A stretch of DNA of 64,000 bases from Priapulus caudatus (GCF_000485595.1 NW_014577077.1:530999-594998), one strand, 5' to 3'; shown: positions 1 to 13,605, numbered from the stretch's first letter. The notes: generated by a model from the sequence alone, not told the origin. Numbers and translations are program-made.

Positions 1-207
1 CTCTCGTTTGATCTTTCTGTGTCTCTCTCTGTGTCTCTCTATCTCTCTCTCACACACACACACGCCACTTCTCTTCCCTCCCTCTCTCTCTCCCCATCTC
101 TCTGTGTCTCATTCTCGCTGGTTTCTTATTCACTCTCTCTCATACTCTTCATCAGCCGTTAAACGTTCTCCTACAATCCCCCCCCCCTCTCTCTCTCCCT
201 CTCTGTC

Positions 208-256
<49 letters not shown>

Positions 257-330
257 TTCTCTCTCTCTCTCTATCTCTCTCTCTCTTTCTCTCTCTTTAT
301 CTATGTCTCTCTCTCCCCCCTCTCTCCCTC
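1..330. repeat. (CT)n-rich microsatellite
   Basis: Imperfect CT dinucleotide tract; accounts for the SLSLSL ORF 8..454. Confidence 0.95.
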
Positions 331-2925
331 GCGGGCGCTAAAGTTGCTGCAACGAGCGGCGGCACATCGTCGTCTAGCATTAACGACAGCTATGTACGCC
401 GAGCTTCCCCTTTCCCCGCCGTTTTGCTATAACATGCGCCTTTCTTTTAAATAGTCTCGTAAATTCGGTGCGCCGATAAGAGTAGATGCCCTCAAGCGGG
501 TTGTGAACCGGTATACAAGGTAGGTGTAAATTTATTTCAGCGGATAGCTATAAAACACGAAATGCGCTTGGCTAATAGCATTAGGCCCATTTGCTGATGG
601 TCGGCCACAACGGTCTTTCTCAAAATGTTCTGGACATCGCGAACAAATTTTTGTCACGATGGAATTGTGCTAACAGCATATCAGGAGTAGATAATAGGGA
701 ATCTATTCCCTATTATCTACTCCTGAGCATATCAAACAGCCTATTTACTGTCAAATTACGGAGAGATATTATTCTGGCTCGTACTCCACGCGCATTAAAC
801 ATTAATAGCCAAACTCAGCAGGGATATTTTTTTTCGTTAAACGTGATAAATATTTGATTGCTAAACTATTAGTCACCAATTGTTAGATGGCATGTCAGCC
901 GTTTTACCACGCTGTCGATTATTAATGACGTAATCACTCAAGTTTTTGAGCTTCACATCAGTTCAACATAGACGCATTACCATCCACGTAATTTTTGCGA
1001 TGTAGAGCCGACATTTCTTATGTCGACACGTTCGCTTTCTTAATGCGAAACTCAGCGATACCGTTGACAAAAGAAACTCGTTGTTAGAAGGATCGTAAGC
1101 CTTTAGCTTTATCGTAAATCATCAAGCTCTCCGATAATCATCATGCTTATCGTAAGTCCACATTGTCGCACTTTGTCCGAAAACAGCGTGAGAAAAATTG
1201 CAGCATCACCGTTACAGCGTATTCATGAATACTTGATGAAAACCTTACGAAATGTCATACCCTTACGTAACTTAATCATAGCTACGAGATGAACGGAATT
1301 ACACAAGATAATTGCGTTTATATTGAGCCCGTGAACACTCCATTTGTTGTTTTATTGTCTATTGCTTAGGAACACATGTATTTTTAACGAAACAAAAACT
1401 CATGGTACATACGGTGACTAGAGACATGTAAAACAGTGGCGATATCTCTCTGATGTCCTCGTGTCATCATAACATGAGGTAAAAGATATCCCATTAGCAC
1501 AGTCATACAAGCACGCGAACATGGGCGCACGAGTGAGTCTGGCAGGCACGCACACACGTCATTAATTGTACAGTAGCGAGTTTACAGAGAGTATAATAAC
1601 ACTATCGCTTTTTAATCCGTATTTTAGTTTAACATCACGATCGCACTGACAAAGGCTCTCATGTTACCATTGTCGAAGTCGTTCAGACAGACACTTAATT
1701 AAAAAAATATATTCGCGCCAAAACGAGTGAAATTACATTAACATAGCATTTTCCGGTCTCCTTATCGTGGTTCTATTCACGGAGCTAATGTATCACATCT
1801 AGACAAGCCACATGTGAAACAAGACAGCTCGCCCGGGCGGGCCGCGGAGGGGCACGTGCTCTGTTACACGAACACCAAGCTACCAAGCGCGCTCAGCGTG
1901 TGTGCTAATCTGTGTGACGAGTAAACGGTTTCCCTTCTGGATTATTTACCCTTTTCTCGTTAACTCGTTGCACATGTTAAGTAGCCAGACAGAGCAAGGG
2001 GCGTTGTGACGTGCCCGTAAGTCGGCATCAAACATCAAATATCCCTTCCAGTAAAAAAACGTCTACCATTTTCACGCTTGCGAATTAGTGATTGCGATCA
2101 ACTATTGATGCGATGAAAAATAGATGAACGCAATGAATTACTAGTACATGATGCAAAAGCGCATGAACTAAATCACTGCCGACTTTTTCAGAGAGGGAGA
2201 GACGAAAAACGAAAACATATTACAATTACAACAGCATAAAGCCCCTTGTAAATGTCAAGTGACTCTCCCAACTAGGAACTATACACACATGCATACGAAC
2301 TATTAATACGAAATATCACAGAAGTGTCATCAGCGATGGCGTTATTAAACGCCAGAACAATTTTCCCCCGAGATAGTTTAAGAATGGCCACAGGGCTTGC
2401 TATGTATAGCACCTTCATTTAGCTTGTCAACTGCAGATGTCAGTGCGAAATATTTTAGCGCTGAATTTTATTGCGCTTTTAAACAGGCTAGCCATTGCCG
2501 TTGCAAAATCGCTATTAGCAACGAATTATTACAGGGGGTTAGTTGCAGCAACAAAACGCAGCACTTTGGCTGCAGTCGGTAAATAAGAGAAAACGTCTAA
2601 CGATCGTTTAGTGCGTTTCTTGAAGTACACATCGTTTAGTCCGGTACAGTATTTGCTTATCACCTTTCACAGATTCTACGATTGGCAATGTCTAAACTGT
2701 TTTTAATCATTCCTATGTATTTATGTCATTAAGAACGAGTGAAAGTGATCGGCCGATAAAACTATGTAAACTAGACGCAGTTTCTCATATTTCAAGCATG
2801 AAAATTACGTTCTATGACAATCACGGTGCGCTGATAGACGCTACTAACACCTGATATTGTATATGCGAGTCATAGCCTGATATTGTGTGTATGACGTAGC
2901 GTGCTCGTATCCGTTGGTGAATGTC

Positions 2926-3342
2926 GGTGGGCATATGTTTCCATGAACCAAAGTGACTTTCCAAAATCCTCGTGACGTCAGTATACCATAGATAGTAGGC
3001 CTATATAAGATAGCCGAGTCGGTTTATAGTTAGTGTTATTGTTAGTGTTAGGGTTAGGGTTTTTGCATCATTCTTTGATATACGGAAAGTCTGATGCGGA
3101 AGTTGATATGCGTAGTATGGAATATGTGTAGGGTTAAGGTTAGGGTTTTTGCATCATTCTTTGATATACGGAAAGTCTGATGCGGAAGTTGATATGCGTA
3201 GTATGGAATATGACCATGCGCAACCACCAGCAGCACTACCATCAGCAGGCTGTATGCATTCAACTTCGGAGATAGCCGAGTTCGTGCGTGACGTCAGTGT
3301 ACGTCACGAGGATACTTTGGTTCATGAAAACATATGCACAAC
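2926..3342. mobile_element. Non-autonomous TIR element (MULE-like MITE) with internal TTAGGG motifs
   Basis: Imperfect TIRs GGTGGGCATATGTTTCCATGAACCAAAGT / ACTTTGGTTCATGAAAACATATGCACAAC; 9-bp flanking direct repeat GTGAATGTC (2917-2925) / GTGAAGGTC (3343-3351); internal ~74-bp duplication (about 3053-3126, 3139-3212). Confidence 0.75.
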
Positions 3343-3794
3343 GTGAAGGTCATATTCGCTTGGTTTAATGTAAAACTATACGACGGAAAATAATAACATT
3401 GACATAACAATTTACAAACGAACCAAATTTATAACAACAACGAATAAGATCAGTTATCAAAGTCACCTTGGTCAGAATCTGGCACGCTGTCAATCTAGGA
3501 ATACAAGAGCAATTTATATAGGTTACCTGTAACTATTACACGATGCTAAACAGACTGAATACGTAGATATTAAAGGCAATGATACTATCACAGGTAGTCA
3601 TTGCCTAGTCCATCAACAATTTGTAATTTCCGTTTCAATTTGTCAAAGATATTATGAGCTTGTGGCCGGTAGCAGTGGATGTGATAGTGATAAAACCGAT
3701 TAATGTGACAGCTGCTATCGATGGCTTCACTTCGAAAAGTCATTTGGTTCAGGAGATCCTGGCTAAATAATACAGTGCTAATAATGAAACAGCT

Positions 3795-3935
3795 GAGTGA
3801 CTGTGAGGCTAGAGTAACTGTGTGACGATGAGGTCAGGGTAACGGTGTGACTGTAACTGAGTGTAAGGCCAGAATAAATCACGAGGCTAGGGTAACTGTG
3901 TGACTGTGAAGCTAGGGTAACTGTGTGACTGTGAT
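3795..3935. repeat. Degenerate ~25-bp minisatellite (GCTAGGGTAACTGTGTGACTGTGA)
   Basis: Repeated GTAACTGTGTGACTGTGA units visible directly. Confidence 0.7.
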
Positions 3936-6149
3936 AAAGCCAGATACAGAACACAAGTCGCAGTAAAACTGATATCGAGTAGGTTTTCGGCGAAAATACC
4001 AGATTTTTACCGCTCATTATCTCAGCGTAGAGGCATCGTAGGGACATGCGGTTTGTTTTATATTAACAAGGTAGGACAGCTGATCAATGCAAAGAATCGG
4101 CAAAATAAAACGGTAAAAGTTTATTGATTCGACTAATACTGCAACATGGTTTCAGCATTTCACCGTTGTATGCTCTCCTTTATACGCTCTTGACAGGATG
4201 CAACTGCATCAGCCAATAACACATGTGACACGATGTTAGCTCATCTTTTGTTGGTACGCATACGATGCTGAGACTAATAGTAGCGGTAAGGAAACACACA
4301 GCTGGAAGAAGGAGCAGAAAGAACCGCCCTGTACTCTTTTGCAATTTACCTGTTAGTAAAAACTCCTTGTTAGTATGTTGCAACAAAGATTTACACAAGT
4401 TGCTAAGGACGATTGAAATAGAAAGAACTTGGGAATTTGATAGTGGATTTTAGCAGAAAGAATATCATGAAATCCGTCAATTTTCATAATACAGTAGTCG
4501 AACAGTTTCAACCGTAATATAATTTTGGCAGCACGTACAGCATTTGCCTAATGGCTGGTGTTCGCTAACTCGATTAAGTCTCTCAAAACACGACCGACAT
4601 CAGTTGCTCGCATATAATCGCGGAAAATGGCGCAGACGTGCGTCAACGTGCGCGTTCTGCACTGCTCGCTTCGTGGGGCATCACATTATCGAAAACACGG
4701 CATCTCTAGGAAGAGTGGCGCCACCTGACGAGCATCGCGAGAAGCAGACGTGCAGCCATGCAAGCAGCGGGGGGAGTCCGGCGGACAATTTCCGTTCGAC
4801 GCTATTTATTACCCAGGGGAACCCGAGAGCAATTGTTACCGAATTTCCTCTCGCGCGTCAAGGGAGCCATCGGCAACAGCACCGGGAGCGGTCCCCTACT
4901 TAACGACCCCACGCAAAAGTAACAAGTAGTGGCCGACACACCAGTCGGTCCCTCCGCAAATCCTCTTACGTGGCCATAGGAAGAAAGAAACCCGCGTCGA
5001 CTTCTTTCGGCCATCGCCTTGGATTTTGGCCTAATTGCTGACAGCGCCTGGACATCAACGTTCAGTCGCACACGGTCGCACGAGAGAATTTTCAAAGGCT
5101 ACTCATTAACCGTTCATCTAAGTAATCAATTCGTTGGCGAGAAATTTTACGAAATAAGATGACACGCTGTGCCCCAAGGATGGTCGAAACCCGTGAGCAA
5201 TCAAACCCCCTACCCTGTCCACTAATTACGTCAATGCAATTAAAACAGGGCCGCTGCAAGCCGATGCGAGTCAATTACAGCCTTCATTAACCATTACAAG
5301 CATCAGGGTGCATGTTCATGGCGTTGCACAAAAATACCGAGAGGGCAATTTACACGAATTGAGCATACAATCCGAGACAATACGAAATCTTCACCGCTTT
5401 TGATCTTAGTCACTTGTTACTACGACTTTTATCACTGTGCATGTGATCGACATAACCCGCTCTATTCTCTTTTAGCAGCTGCGACTTCCCGCAGCCACCA
5501 CGGCCACTGCCATCACTACGAACATGAGTCGCAGCCACAGTTATGCGATCGCTGATGATAGCCTAGACTGACCAAACCTGATTGGTGCTTCGACAAATTT
5601 AAGCCAGCGTTGTTCTTACTTTCACCAATATGAAATTACATAATTATAACATTATTACCATAGAATTCAAGTAAACAAAAGTAACACCACAACAGCATAA
5701 AAATTGTGACACGTAGCATAGTATAGTACGTAGATGTAACGCACGGTACGGTATGCTTAAAACAAAACCATTTAATCGTAAAACGATGACACCGCGGCCT
5801 TTGCGGAAATTCCGATGGAATTTATGCCCGTATAGTTGAACTAACGCGGGTTATTTACACATTTCACCGAATGAAAGGTACACGTGCGCATAGCTAAGTG
5901 CTGGGGAAAAAATGACACCCTAAAATGCATATAAATTCGAATTGTGATGACACGGCCGCATTCACGGAAAAGAGGGATGCACAATGTTCGCTTCTTAGAA
6001 GAAGCAGTAATAGCAGCGCGCGCTGTAATAGCAACCATCTGGATGCTATAAACACTCGTGGCTTCAACACCTGCAGACTACCCAGCGCGCGCGAGAGAGA
6101 GAGAGAGATAGAAAAAGAGAGCGCAGGCGGGAGAGAGAGCGAGAGACAG

Positions 6150-6256
6150 CGACGCGACGACCCAAAAAATATAAAAAATATAAAAACTACAAAAATCTCA
6201 AATTACAATTAAAATTATTTTTTATTTTCATAAATGTCTGCGCGGTGGCGCTATAT
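6150..6256 (+). repeat. Dispersed repeat end, copy 1 (related copy at 9538-9656)
   Basis: GACGCGACGACC...AAAAACTACAAAAATCTCAAATTACAATTAAAATTATT...TTTTCATAAATGTCYGCGCG..CGCTATAT shared in direct orientation. Confidence 0.85.
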
Positions 6257-9200
6257 TAGTGGGGCAGATAACAGCTATTTTTGATAGGAAACGTGCAAAT
6301 GATGATACAAGCATCAAATTTGGCACACTTGTTCTCCAAGTGATACTAATCAAATCGGCCCGATTGGCCAATTGAAAATCCAAGATGGCGGCCATTTTTC
6401 AAGATGGTCGCCAAATTAGCCTCCCGAAGTTGACGTTTTGCTTAGAAGTATTTGTAGTTGTCCGATTTGCATGATCTAGGTGTGGATTCCTATGTTTTCA
6501 AGCCTGCTGAAGCGGATTTTCCTGTTTATAAAGCACACTGACACATATTTTTCAAGATGGCAACTAGATTGTCTGTTTTTCATTACGTAAGCTTTGCCCC
6601 GGCTAGTAAATGTTCAAAGTTATACATACCATGCCACTGGTCCTCCAGCTGCTACTGTTCACATATGCAGCTGCAGAGTGACGTGCAGGGGAGCTCTGAC
6701 TGAAAGCACTTGCATCTTCCTTTGCAACCTTTCTTACAGGAACACTTCGTCAGTTCCCGCCAGCTCGCTGCAATAGGTGGTAGTGTTGTCCAACATATCT
6801 GCCATGTCTCGCCTTTCTGTGTCCATCCCCATTCAACAGGACTGCTCGTGTCTGGATTGGAGATGGTTGCCTGGCCCCAGATGATCCCAGCCTGATAGGC
6901 CGCACGCTTTGCATTGCATTGTTCTCTGAGGGCTGCTTGTGTTGGTGGAATTGAGTTGTACGGCCTCTGCTTGCGGGCAAAGAGATCTAGTCTTGCTTCG
7001 TCCACACCAGTGGCTGCGCTTGATCTGTCGTACATGAGGACAACGAATCTCTCCAGCCTCTGCAGGTCAAGATCACGAATCAATGATGGATGCTGGCTGA
7101 GATTAGTGAATGTTTCAGAAACATCAAATACGTTCCAAGTCTGCCATGCAGATTTCTTCGCTTTCCCACGGAAGGTAGACACGACGTCACATCCAGTAAA
7201 CGCATGAAAGTATGGGATCCCTCTGGCTTTCTCAAGCCCTATTGCAGAAACTAACTCATGGACTGGAATCCATCGCATCTTGGCTCCTTGGCCAAACGCA
7301 ATCCACATTTTCTCAAGACCTAGTTCTTGTAAGGATGGCAGTACAGATATTGCTGTGACTAGCACGTCCGTGTCATTAGCCTTAATGATAATAGACTTGC
7401 TCCCATCAGTCGTTGCATCCCTGGTGTGTACAAATATTCGACTGTCAGCTTCTTCATGACAAAATGGGGACAAAGCATCCAGAGACTTCCTTGTGTTGCT
7501 AATGGCATCTTCTCCTTTTGTGACGATGACTGTGCTTGTCGTCTCTGCTTCACACATCTTTTTCGCAAGGAAGTGAAACAGCTCAGTCTTGTTGCTGGCA
7601 TCACGAAGGAAGCTTTGCCAGTTACTTGGTGTCTTACTCGTTCCTGTCACTCTTCTTCTGATTCCTTGCCCCCTTTTCGACCTCGTCTCAGATTTCAGAC
7701 TTAACTTCTTGTACACATCAAAGACTACGTCCACCCGCTCGTACCTGGCACCATAGGATTCCACCTTTGGGATGATGTCTTCTTTAGCATAGTCATCAAA
7801 TGTCTTTAAAGTCCGTGGAGGTAAGGCATTGATAAGTGCTGAGCCATCAATGATGATTGCATCTCCCTTTGGTTCTCTGTCTGGGATGTTCACTTGCGCT
7901 TCAAGAATTTCAACCAGCTGTGACTTCTGACACGTATGAAGCTTGCCGCTGTCACTGAGAGATGCATGGTGTGACTGATTCTCGTGCTTGAAGAATTCTC
8001 GCACGTCACACTGCCTGTCCTGGCATGAGATGAACAGTCGCGAGAATAACTGACAGTCGTCTTTCAGGACTTTCTCCTTAGAAATTCCTTCAGCCTGCTC
8101 TTGTTTGAAGAAAGAAACAAGGTTTTTCTTGATTGGATAATAGAAAGGACTTTCACCTTCATCCTCTAGCACCTCCATGAATGATTGAAACTGCTCTTTG
8201 CCCCGCCGGTGATGTGTAGCTACCATTTCAGCTAGTTGGGTCTGCAATGTTCTTCGTGTCTAGCACCAGCAGGTCGGCTGATTCTTCTTGGAATGGGTTG
8301 CCCATCTCCTGCATCACTGCAGAGAGTGATTTCACCTTTTCAACGAAAGATTTCTGGGCACTTAGTGTCTGCTCATGGTGTCTGCTGCTGTAGGTGACAT
8401 CTTTCATACCAGACATGGCCTCGTATCCAGCTACTAGACGACTAACTTCGGGTCCAGCGACCATCCACCTACGAAGTGCTGACGGGTCTTCTGTCAACCC
8501 AATTGCTCCTCCGTCACCTTTGATCACTGCATTATTGTGCTCGTGTGCTTGGTGGATTGCCAAGGCAGAGAATTCTCTTCTTGACTTGTGAATAGCGAAG
8601 TTTCCTTTGTGAAACTCCCTGGCCACATCTGGATGTTGTTGCTCAAGTGACATCATATCTCGGAGGTGAATTGTGATCCATCGCGCATAGTTGACATTGT
8701 TATTCGCAAAGAAGTAAGGCACCAGTTATGAAAGTGCTTCACAGTACAAGTTGAAGGCGCCTTCTCTGAATGAGCGGATCAGGGTGAATATGGTGAGCAT
8801 CCTCAAAGGTTATATCTGATATGCTAGACTCTTCAGAGCGGTAATCATGGTATGCCTTCTTCATCAGTTTGTACAAGCTGCATGCAGTGATCTGGTGTGC
8901 TTGTATTGTCCTGGTGACACTAGATGCAGACAGGTAAGACTCTGCTGTACCAGGTGAGGCCACCTCTGCTTCCACAATGGCACTGGTCCAGCCACTGTCC
9001 CGTAGTGATGTTCCTATTGATCGCAGTGCAGCCATTTCTATATGAAATCCATCGAACATGATCACGAACTTGTCCTCTCCATATTCGGGCCACTTCCATT
9101 ATATTTGTTTTGCCAGAGCATACAACGGTTGGTCAGCAGCAATGACAGGTGTCTGCCCTGGGTTCAGGAAAGCCACTGTATCACAGACCTTCGCCATGGC

Positions 9201-9262
9201 ATGCTTGATCGTTGCAACAGAGTGAGCCTGGTCTCGCCACAGAGGCATCATTGCTGAAATGC
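6257..9262 (-). mobile_element. AcademX-type DNA transposon, 5'-truncated
   Basis: Putative terminus TAGTGGGGCAGATAAC at 6257 with repeated subterminal CAAGATGG motifs; contains the transposase-XPG-Cys-rich coding remnant; the other terminus was not found. Confidence 0.8.
6652..9262 (-). pseudogene. Academ transposase-XPG/FEN1-like nuclease-Cys8 zinc finger fusion, disrupted
   Basis: Collinear fragments: ISAMMPLWRDQAHSVATIKHAM, PVIAADQPLYALAKQI*WKW, GFHIEMAAL..GSGW-like, NYARW..QAHEHNN..GGAIGLTEDPSALRRW; then XPG/PIN motifs DGSAL, VFDVY, HEEADSR, NDTDV, FTGCD; C-terminal CSCKKGCKGRCKC..CTSLCSC. Has a premature stop, frameshifts and an internal deletion near 8800. Confidence 0.85.
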
Positions 9263-9330
9263 TCACCACCGGCTCGGCGAGCCGCTCACTTCGTCCTCAC
9301 CCGGGTAACGCAAAAATACCACGTGACTGC

Positions 9331-9449
9331 CAAATCGAACGTATTTGGGGCTGGCCCGAGTAGACCCAGGTTAACTTGGGGAAGCAAATCGAACGTATTT
9401 GGGGCTGGCCCGAGTAGACCCAGGTTAACTTGGGGAAGCAAATCGAACG
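9331..9449. repeat. 54-bp tandem duplication (2.2 copies)
   Basis: CAAATCGAACG recurs at 9331, 9385 and 9439; the two full units are identical. Confidence 0.95.
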
Positions 9450-9537
9450 CACTAATAAAGGGCGAGTCTGTCTTTCTGTCTAAACCCTCCCCCCGTAAGA
9501 GGTCACCCCCAACACCATATATATTTTTAATCAGCAT

Positions 9538-9656
9538 GACGCGACGACCATTTTAGGCCTAAACAAAATCACAAAAATACAAAAACTACAAAAATCTCAA
9601 ATTACAATTAAAATTATTTATTATTTTCATAAATGTCCGCGCGATCTCGCTATATA
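9538..9656 (+). repeat. Dispersed repeat end, copy 2
   Basis: Near-identical to 6150-6256 over the last ~75 bp. Confidence 0.85.
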
Positions 9657-9994
9657 CCCTCCTACTAATTCACTGCTCATCCATCGAGTGCATGCGCGTG
9701 CGCGCGTGTGTGTGTGCGTGCGTGCGTGTGTGTGCGTGTGTGTGTGTGTGCGGGTGCCTGGGGGTGTCGGTGTGTGTGTGGGGTGCTCCAGGGTCGGTAA
9801 CCCAGACAACCTCTACATCCTCTCTCAAGATGGCAACACCAACAATGTTGTGTACCAAGAAGCGCTGCACAACTGAACAGAAGTCAAATTCTTGGCACAG
9901 ATTTATAAAATCAGAATAAGGTCAGTACAGCCGTCATGGCAGACTCAATTCTCTTTTCTCCTTTACCCCGGGCATCGCCGGGTAGCCCAGCTAG
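9657..9994 (+). mobile_element. Non-autonomous Helitron retaining the RepHel helicase C-terminus
   Basis: 9778-9876 encodes VGCSRVGNPDNLYILSQDGNTNNVVYQEALHN*, matching the PIF1 motif VI tail (xSRV..L.I....T.N.VY.EAL); 3' hairpin CCCGGGCATCGCCGGG followed by CTAG (9991-9994); inserted between A and T; 5' end reads CC rather than canonical TC. Confidence 0.85.
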
Positions 9995-10734
9995 TATATA
10001 TATATGTGTGTCAGTGTGCGGCAGCGTGCGCGCGGTGTACATGTGTGTTGCAGAGGTGCATTTGCACGGAATTTACAGGGAATTGTCGGCAATAATAGGC
10101 GAAAAACAGTAGAGAAACATTAAAACTGGTAGTAAATAGATTTCGTATTTATTTAGCATTATATTTTATTGAAACGCTCCAAGTGCCCGCCCTGCCGCCG
10201 ACTTACGCGTGCCTGTGACGTCACCGTGCCGTTACGGCCGAGGTGAGCCTATATGCTTACGAAACGTGCAGTAATTAGAATTTGAAAATGTTCTCGGCGA
10301 GCCGTTCGTTGTAAGCGCGTACATAATGTGCCGCTGAATCTTTTCAGAGGCGAGCAGCACCCCGGTGCAGGCCGCAACAATTTTCCTAGTCTGAATGGCG
10401 GCTTGTTATATTATTTGAGATTGCAACGTCGAAATTGCGGCTAACAATCCCTGTTTGTCAATAAATGATATAGCGAGTCGGTACTATGATTAAATATTGA
10501 CAAATTATTCGCCAGTCGTTGATATTGGGGTCACTTGATTGGAACAAGGGGAATTCCTACTTGCTATATTTATGAACGTAACTGGAGATTCCCATTGGAA
10601 GGAGTGATCATGGGAAATCAAACCCCGCACAGTCTCGTAACGTTTAATAACTAATATTCAGTTTCTTATGACGCAAGCAACGAAAGCACGCGTTCTATAC
10701 CTTACTGTGCCACAGAGGCACTTTAACCAGAGAG

Positions 10735-10975
10735 TCACCATCACACCCACAGTGATGGTCACTATTCAGTCACGCTGTCGTCACAGTCGTCGTCACCATG
10801 CTACCACAGTCACAGTCACCACGCCATCACAATCACAGTTACCATGCCATCACAATCCAATCACATCTACCATGCCACCACGGTCACAGTTACCATACCA
10901 CCACAATCCAATCACATCTACCATGCCACCACGGTCACAGTTACCATGCCACCACAATCACAGTCACCATGCCAT
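10735..10975. repeat. Minisatellite of ~23-bp units (CACCATGCCACCACAGTCACAGT) with a 47-bp higher-order repeat
   Basis: Repeated GTCACAGTTACCATRCCACCACAATC and CAATCACATCTACCATGCCACCACG blocks. Confidence 0.85.
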
Positions 10976-12488
10976 CGGTGCATGGATCACGGTGATGAAG
11001 CGGTGCATGGATCACGCGCAACAGCTCCGAGGATAAGGGACGTCAGCAATTAAGCTGCCCCCTGAGAGCTTGATAAATAATTTATTGGCCAAGTGACACG
11101 ACGTAGAAAATCAACCGCGCGTGCTCCCAGGAAATGTTTTTGCATGTATAATTCAGATCCATGATGGATGCGGTTGCTGTGGTGCTGAAATTGCCAAAGC
11201 TGCATCTCTGCGCGTTGATATCGGACTTTCGACCAATCCCCGGCTTCTACCACGAGTCCAAATCTCTATTAATCTGCTCAAGCATGAAGAATCATGCAAG
11301 CGAATTTATTCACGTGTTAGTCTGGAACCACGAGCAATATTTCCAAGTAAGTGTTTAAATTCGTGATTGCCGAGAGATACTCTCTATATTATGGTTAATC
11401 CTTACTACCAACCTAAAGAAAATCAATAATTTACCCGCAGGCGATGGGGCGCTAAAGCACATAACGGTGTTTCCCACACTTACGCCACAAGGCGTTCAGA
11501 CCAGTCGAAATAACGACAGTCACACTATATTATTCCACCGGGTTAGTATAATATACACATACGACGCTAACATTCTAAAAAAACTGTCCGCAAATCTCTC
11601 TTTCCCTCCATGAAATAACTTGCGGAGAAACACAGGAAAAACAACGAGGAGTTCACTTTTTAACAACTTTGCAGTGCTCGTTTAAATTAAACATCTGTCG
11701 CAGGCAGACGACGCTTGCGGTGATTTTCAAACGCTACTCGGCGAATCATCAACAAAATACTTTATACATAATTTATTCTGTTACAATTTTATGAAGATGT
11801 CGTTTCAATAATAAATGTTGATTTGGCTTTGGCTAGTAAAATCACACTCTTACTGCGAGTGCGAGCTCGACCCGGTAAGATTAATTGTTATAAATTTCTA
11901 TTGCTGAGTGCCCTGTAGGTACAACAATAGCTACAGCAACCTCGTATATTTTCAACGATTACGCGAAAATAACCGCAAAGTCCTATTTTGCCGTTCGGTC
12001 CGATGTAAACACACAAATGCGGCGTTCATACGAGCAATTTTGGTGCGCACAAAATTTAAAATGCCCACAAGGTTTTCCATTTTTGCTAGTTTAAAAACAT
12101 CTTATCATCTAAGAATTTATGGAGACATTCAGGGGTATTAGTAATTGCTATACTACTGCAAATTGCTGCATTTTACTTACAAGTGTACTTCTCATAAAAA
12201 AGGTGACATAATGACTGAAAAGATCAGCTCAACTAGACCGACTAGGCTGGCTAGTACCTATCATGTAGAAGCTAGATGTTTAGTCGCATATTTAATGGTT
12301 ATTGAATATGCCACTATTGAATGCTGTGAATGAAAATAGATATAGCTCAATAACACTGAACCATTACATCGCTCAATCTCCCCAACCGAGAGGCAACCAG
12401 CGCTCGCGTCTATACACGCATACGTTGTGGAGTACAGCACAGCACGAACACGCGAACAGGAGAACGTACAGCAGAACAACGCGCTTCA

Positions 12489-13605
12489 TACCCCCTTCAC
12501 ATACACGGATTTTGCTTACGAGTCCTTACGGATCGCCAACGCAGACACTCGTAAGGATCCGTGAAAGGAGAGGCAAATTTTTTGACATGTCAAAAACCTT
12601 CTCATGAGTGTCGACGGATTGATTTTTTCCGTAAATAACTCGTAACAATCCGTAAGTATCGTAAACCGCTCGCAACAACACGTAACCATCCTGAAACTGC
12701 TCGCAAGAATCCGTAAATGACTCGTAACAATTTTTGTTACGATTTGCTATGGTTAGTTTACGATTTGTTTACGGATTATTTATGGATTATTACGAGTGCT
12801 TACGTGTTGTTTACGATTTCATTCGGGTCGTGTTACGATGGCTTTACGGATTGTTACGAGTTATTACGAGCACTTTACGAATATATACGTATAGTTTACG
12901 TATTCTTACGTATTGTTTACGATTTGGGAAAGGCTGTAAAATCGAACACGTCATTTTCAGTTGTTATCAAGACTTGTTCTCTCATATGCCATGTTGTCTC
13001 TAGATGTCAGTTGATGATAGATTAAGATTTGCGGGTGATACTCCATTAGGAGTGTTCCCAACTTTAATGTCATTAATGATCATAATATATATATATATAT
13101 GGTCATGGTCATATATTAGTTTGTGGTTTAATGTCGTTTAGTCTAGGGTTAGGGTTTGGATTATCAATCATTAATCATTAATGATATCAAAGTTGGGAAC
13201 ACTCCTAATGGAGTGTTAGCCAGATTTGCAGAATTTTTATATACTTTTTGCCAAAAAATCGTAAGGACTCGTAAATACTCGTAACTAACTCGTACCTATT
13301 CGTAACAACACGTAAACAGGTCGCAACTAACACGTAAAAGCTTCGATGAATCGTAATATATCCGTAACAATCCGTAAACAGCCCGTAAGTTGCTCGTAGT
13401 TATCCGTGACAACTCTTAACAAATCGTGGAATTTTGCCGTAGATACATCGTAATAACTCGTAATAATCCGTAATAAACCGTAATTAGCTCGTAATAACAC
13501 GTAAATCGCTCGTAAAAGTGGCCAAATCGTAAGGATCCGTGTACTTTTACGAATTGTGCGATCCGTAAGGACTCGTAAGAAAAATCCGTGTATGTGAAGG
13601 GGGTA
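12489..13605. mobile_element. PIF/Harbinger-type MITE
   Basis: ~48-bp TIRs TACCCCCTTCACATACACGGATTTT(G/T)CTTACGAGTCCTTACGGATCGC; 3-bp TSD TCA (12486-12488 / 13606-13608); interior built of CGTAA/TTACG motifs. Confidence 0.9.
13033..13221. mobile_element. Nested 189-bp MITE with 8-bp TSD and internal TAGGGTTAGGG
   Basis: ~48-bp TIRs (..ACTCCATTAGGAGTGTTCCCAACTTT..TCATTAATGAT); perfect TSD AGATTTGC at 13025-13032 and 13222-13229; superfamily (MULE or Merlin) uncertain. Confidence 0.9.

Noticed and set aside
11157..11346. Plus-strand AG..GTAAGT exon-like segment
   Set aside because: No homology and no partner exons identified.
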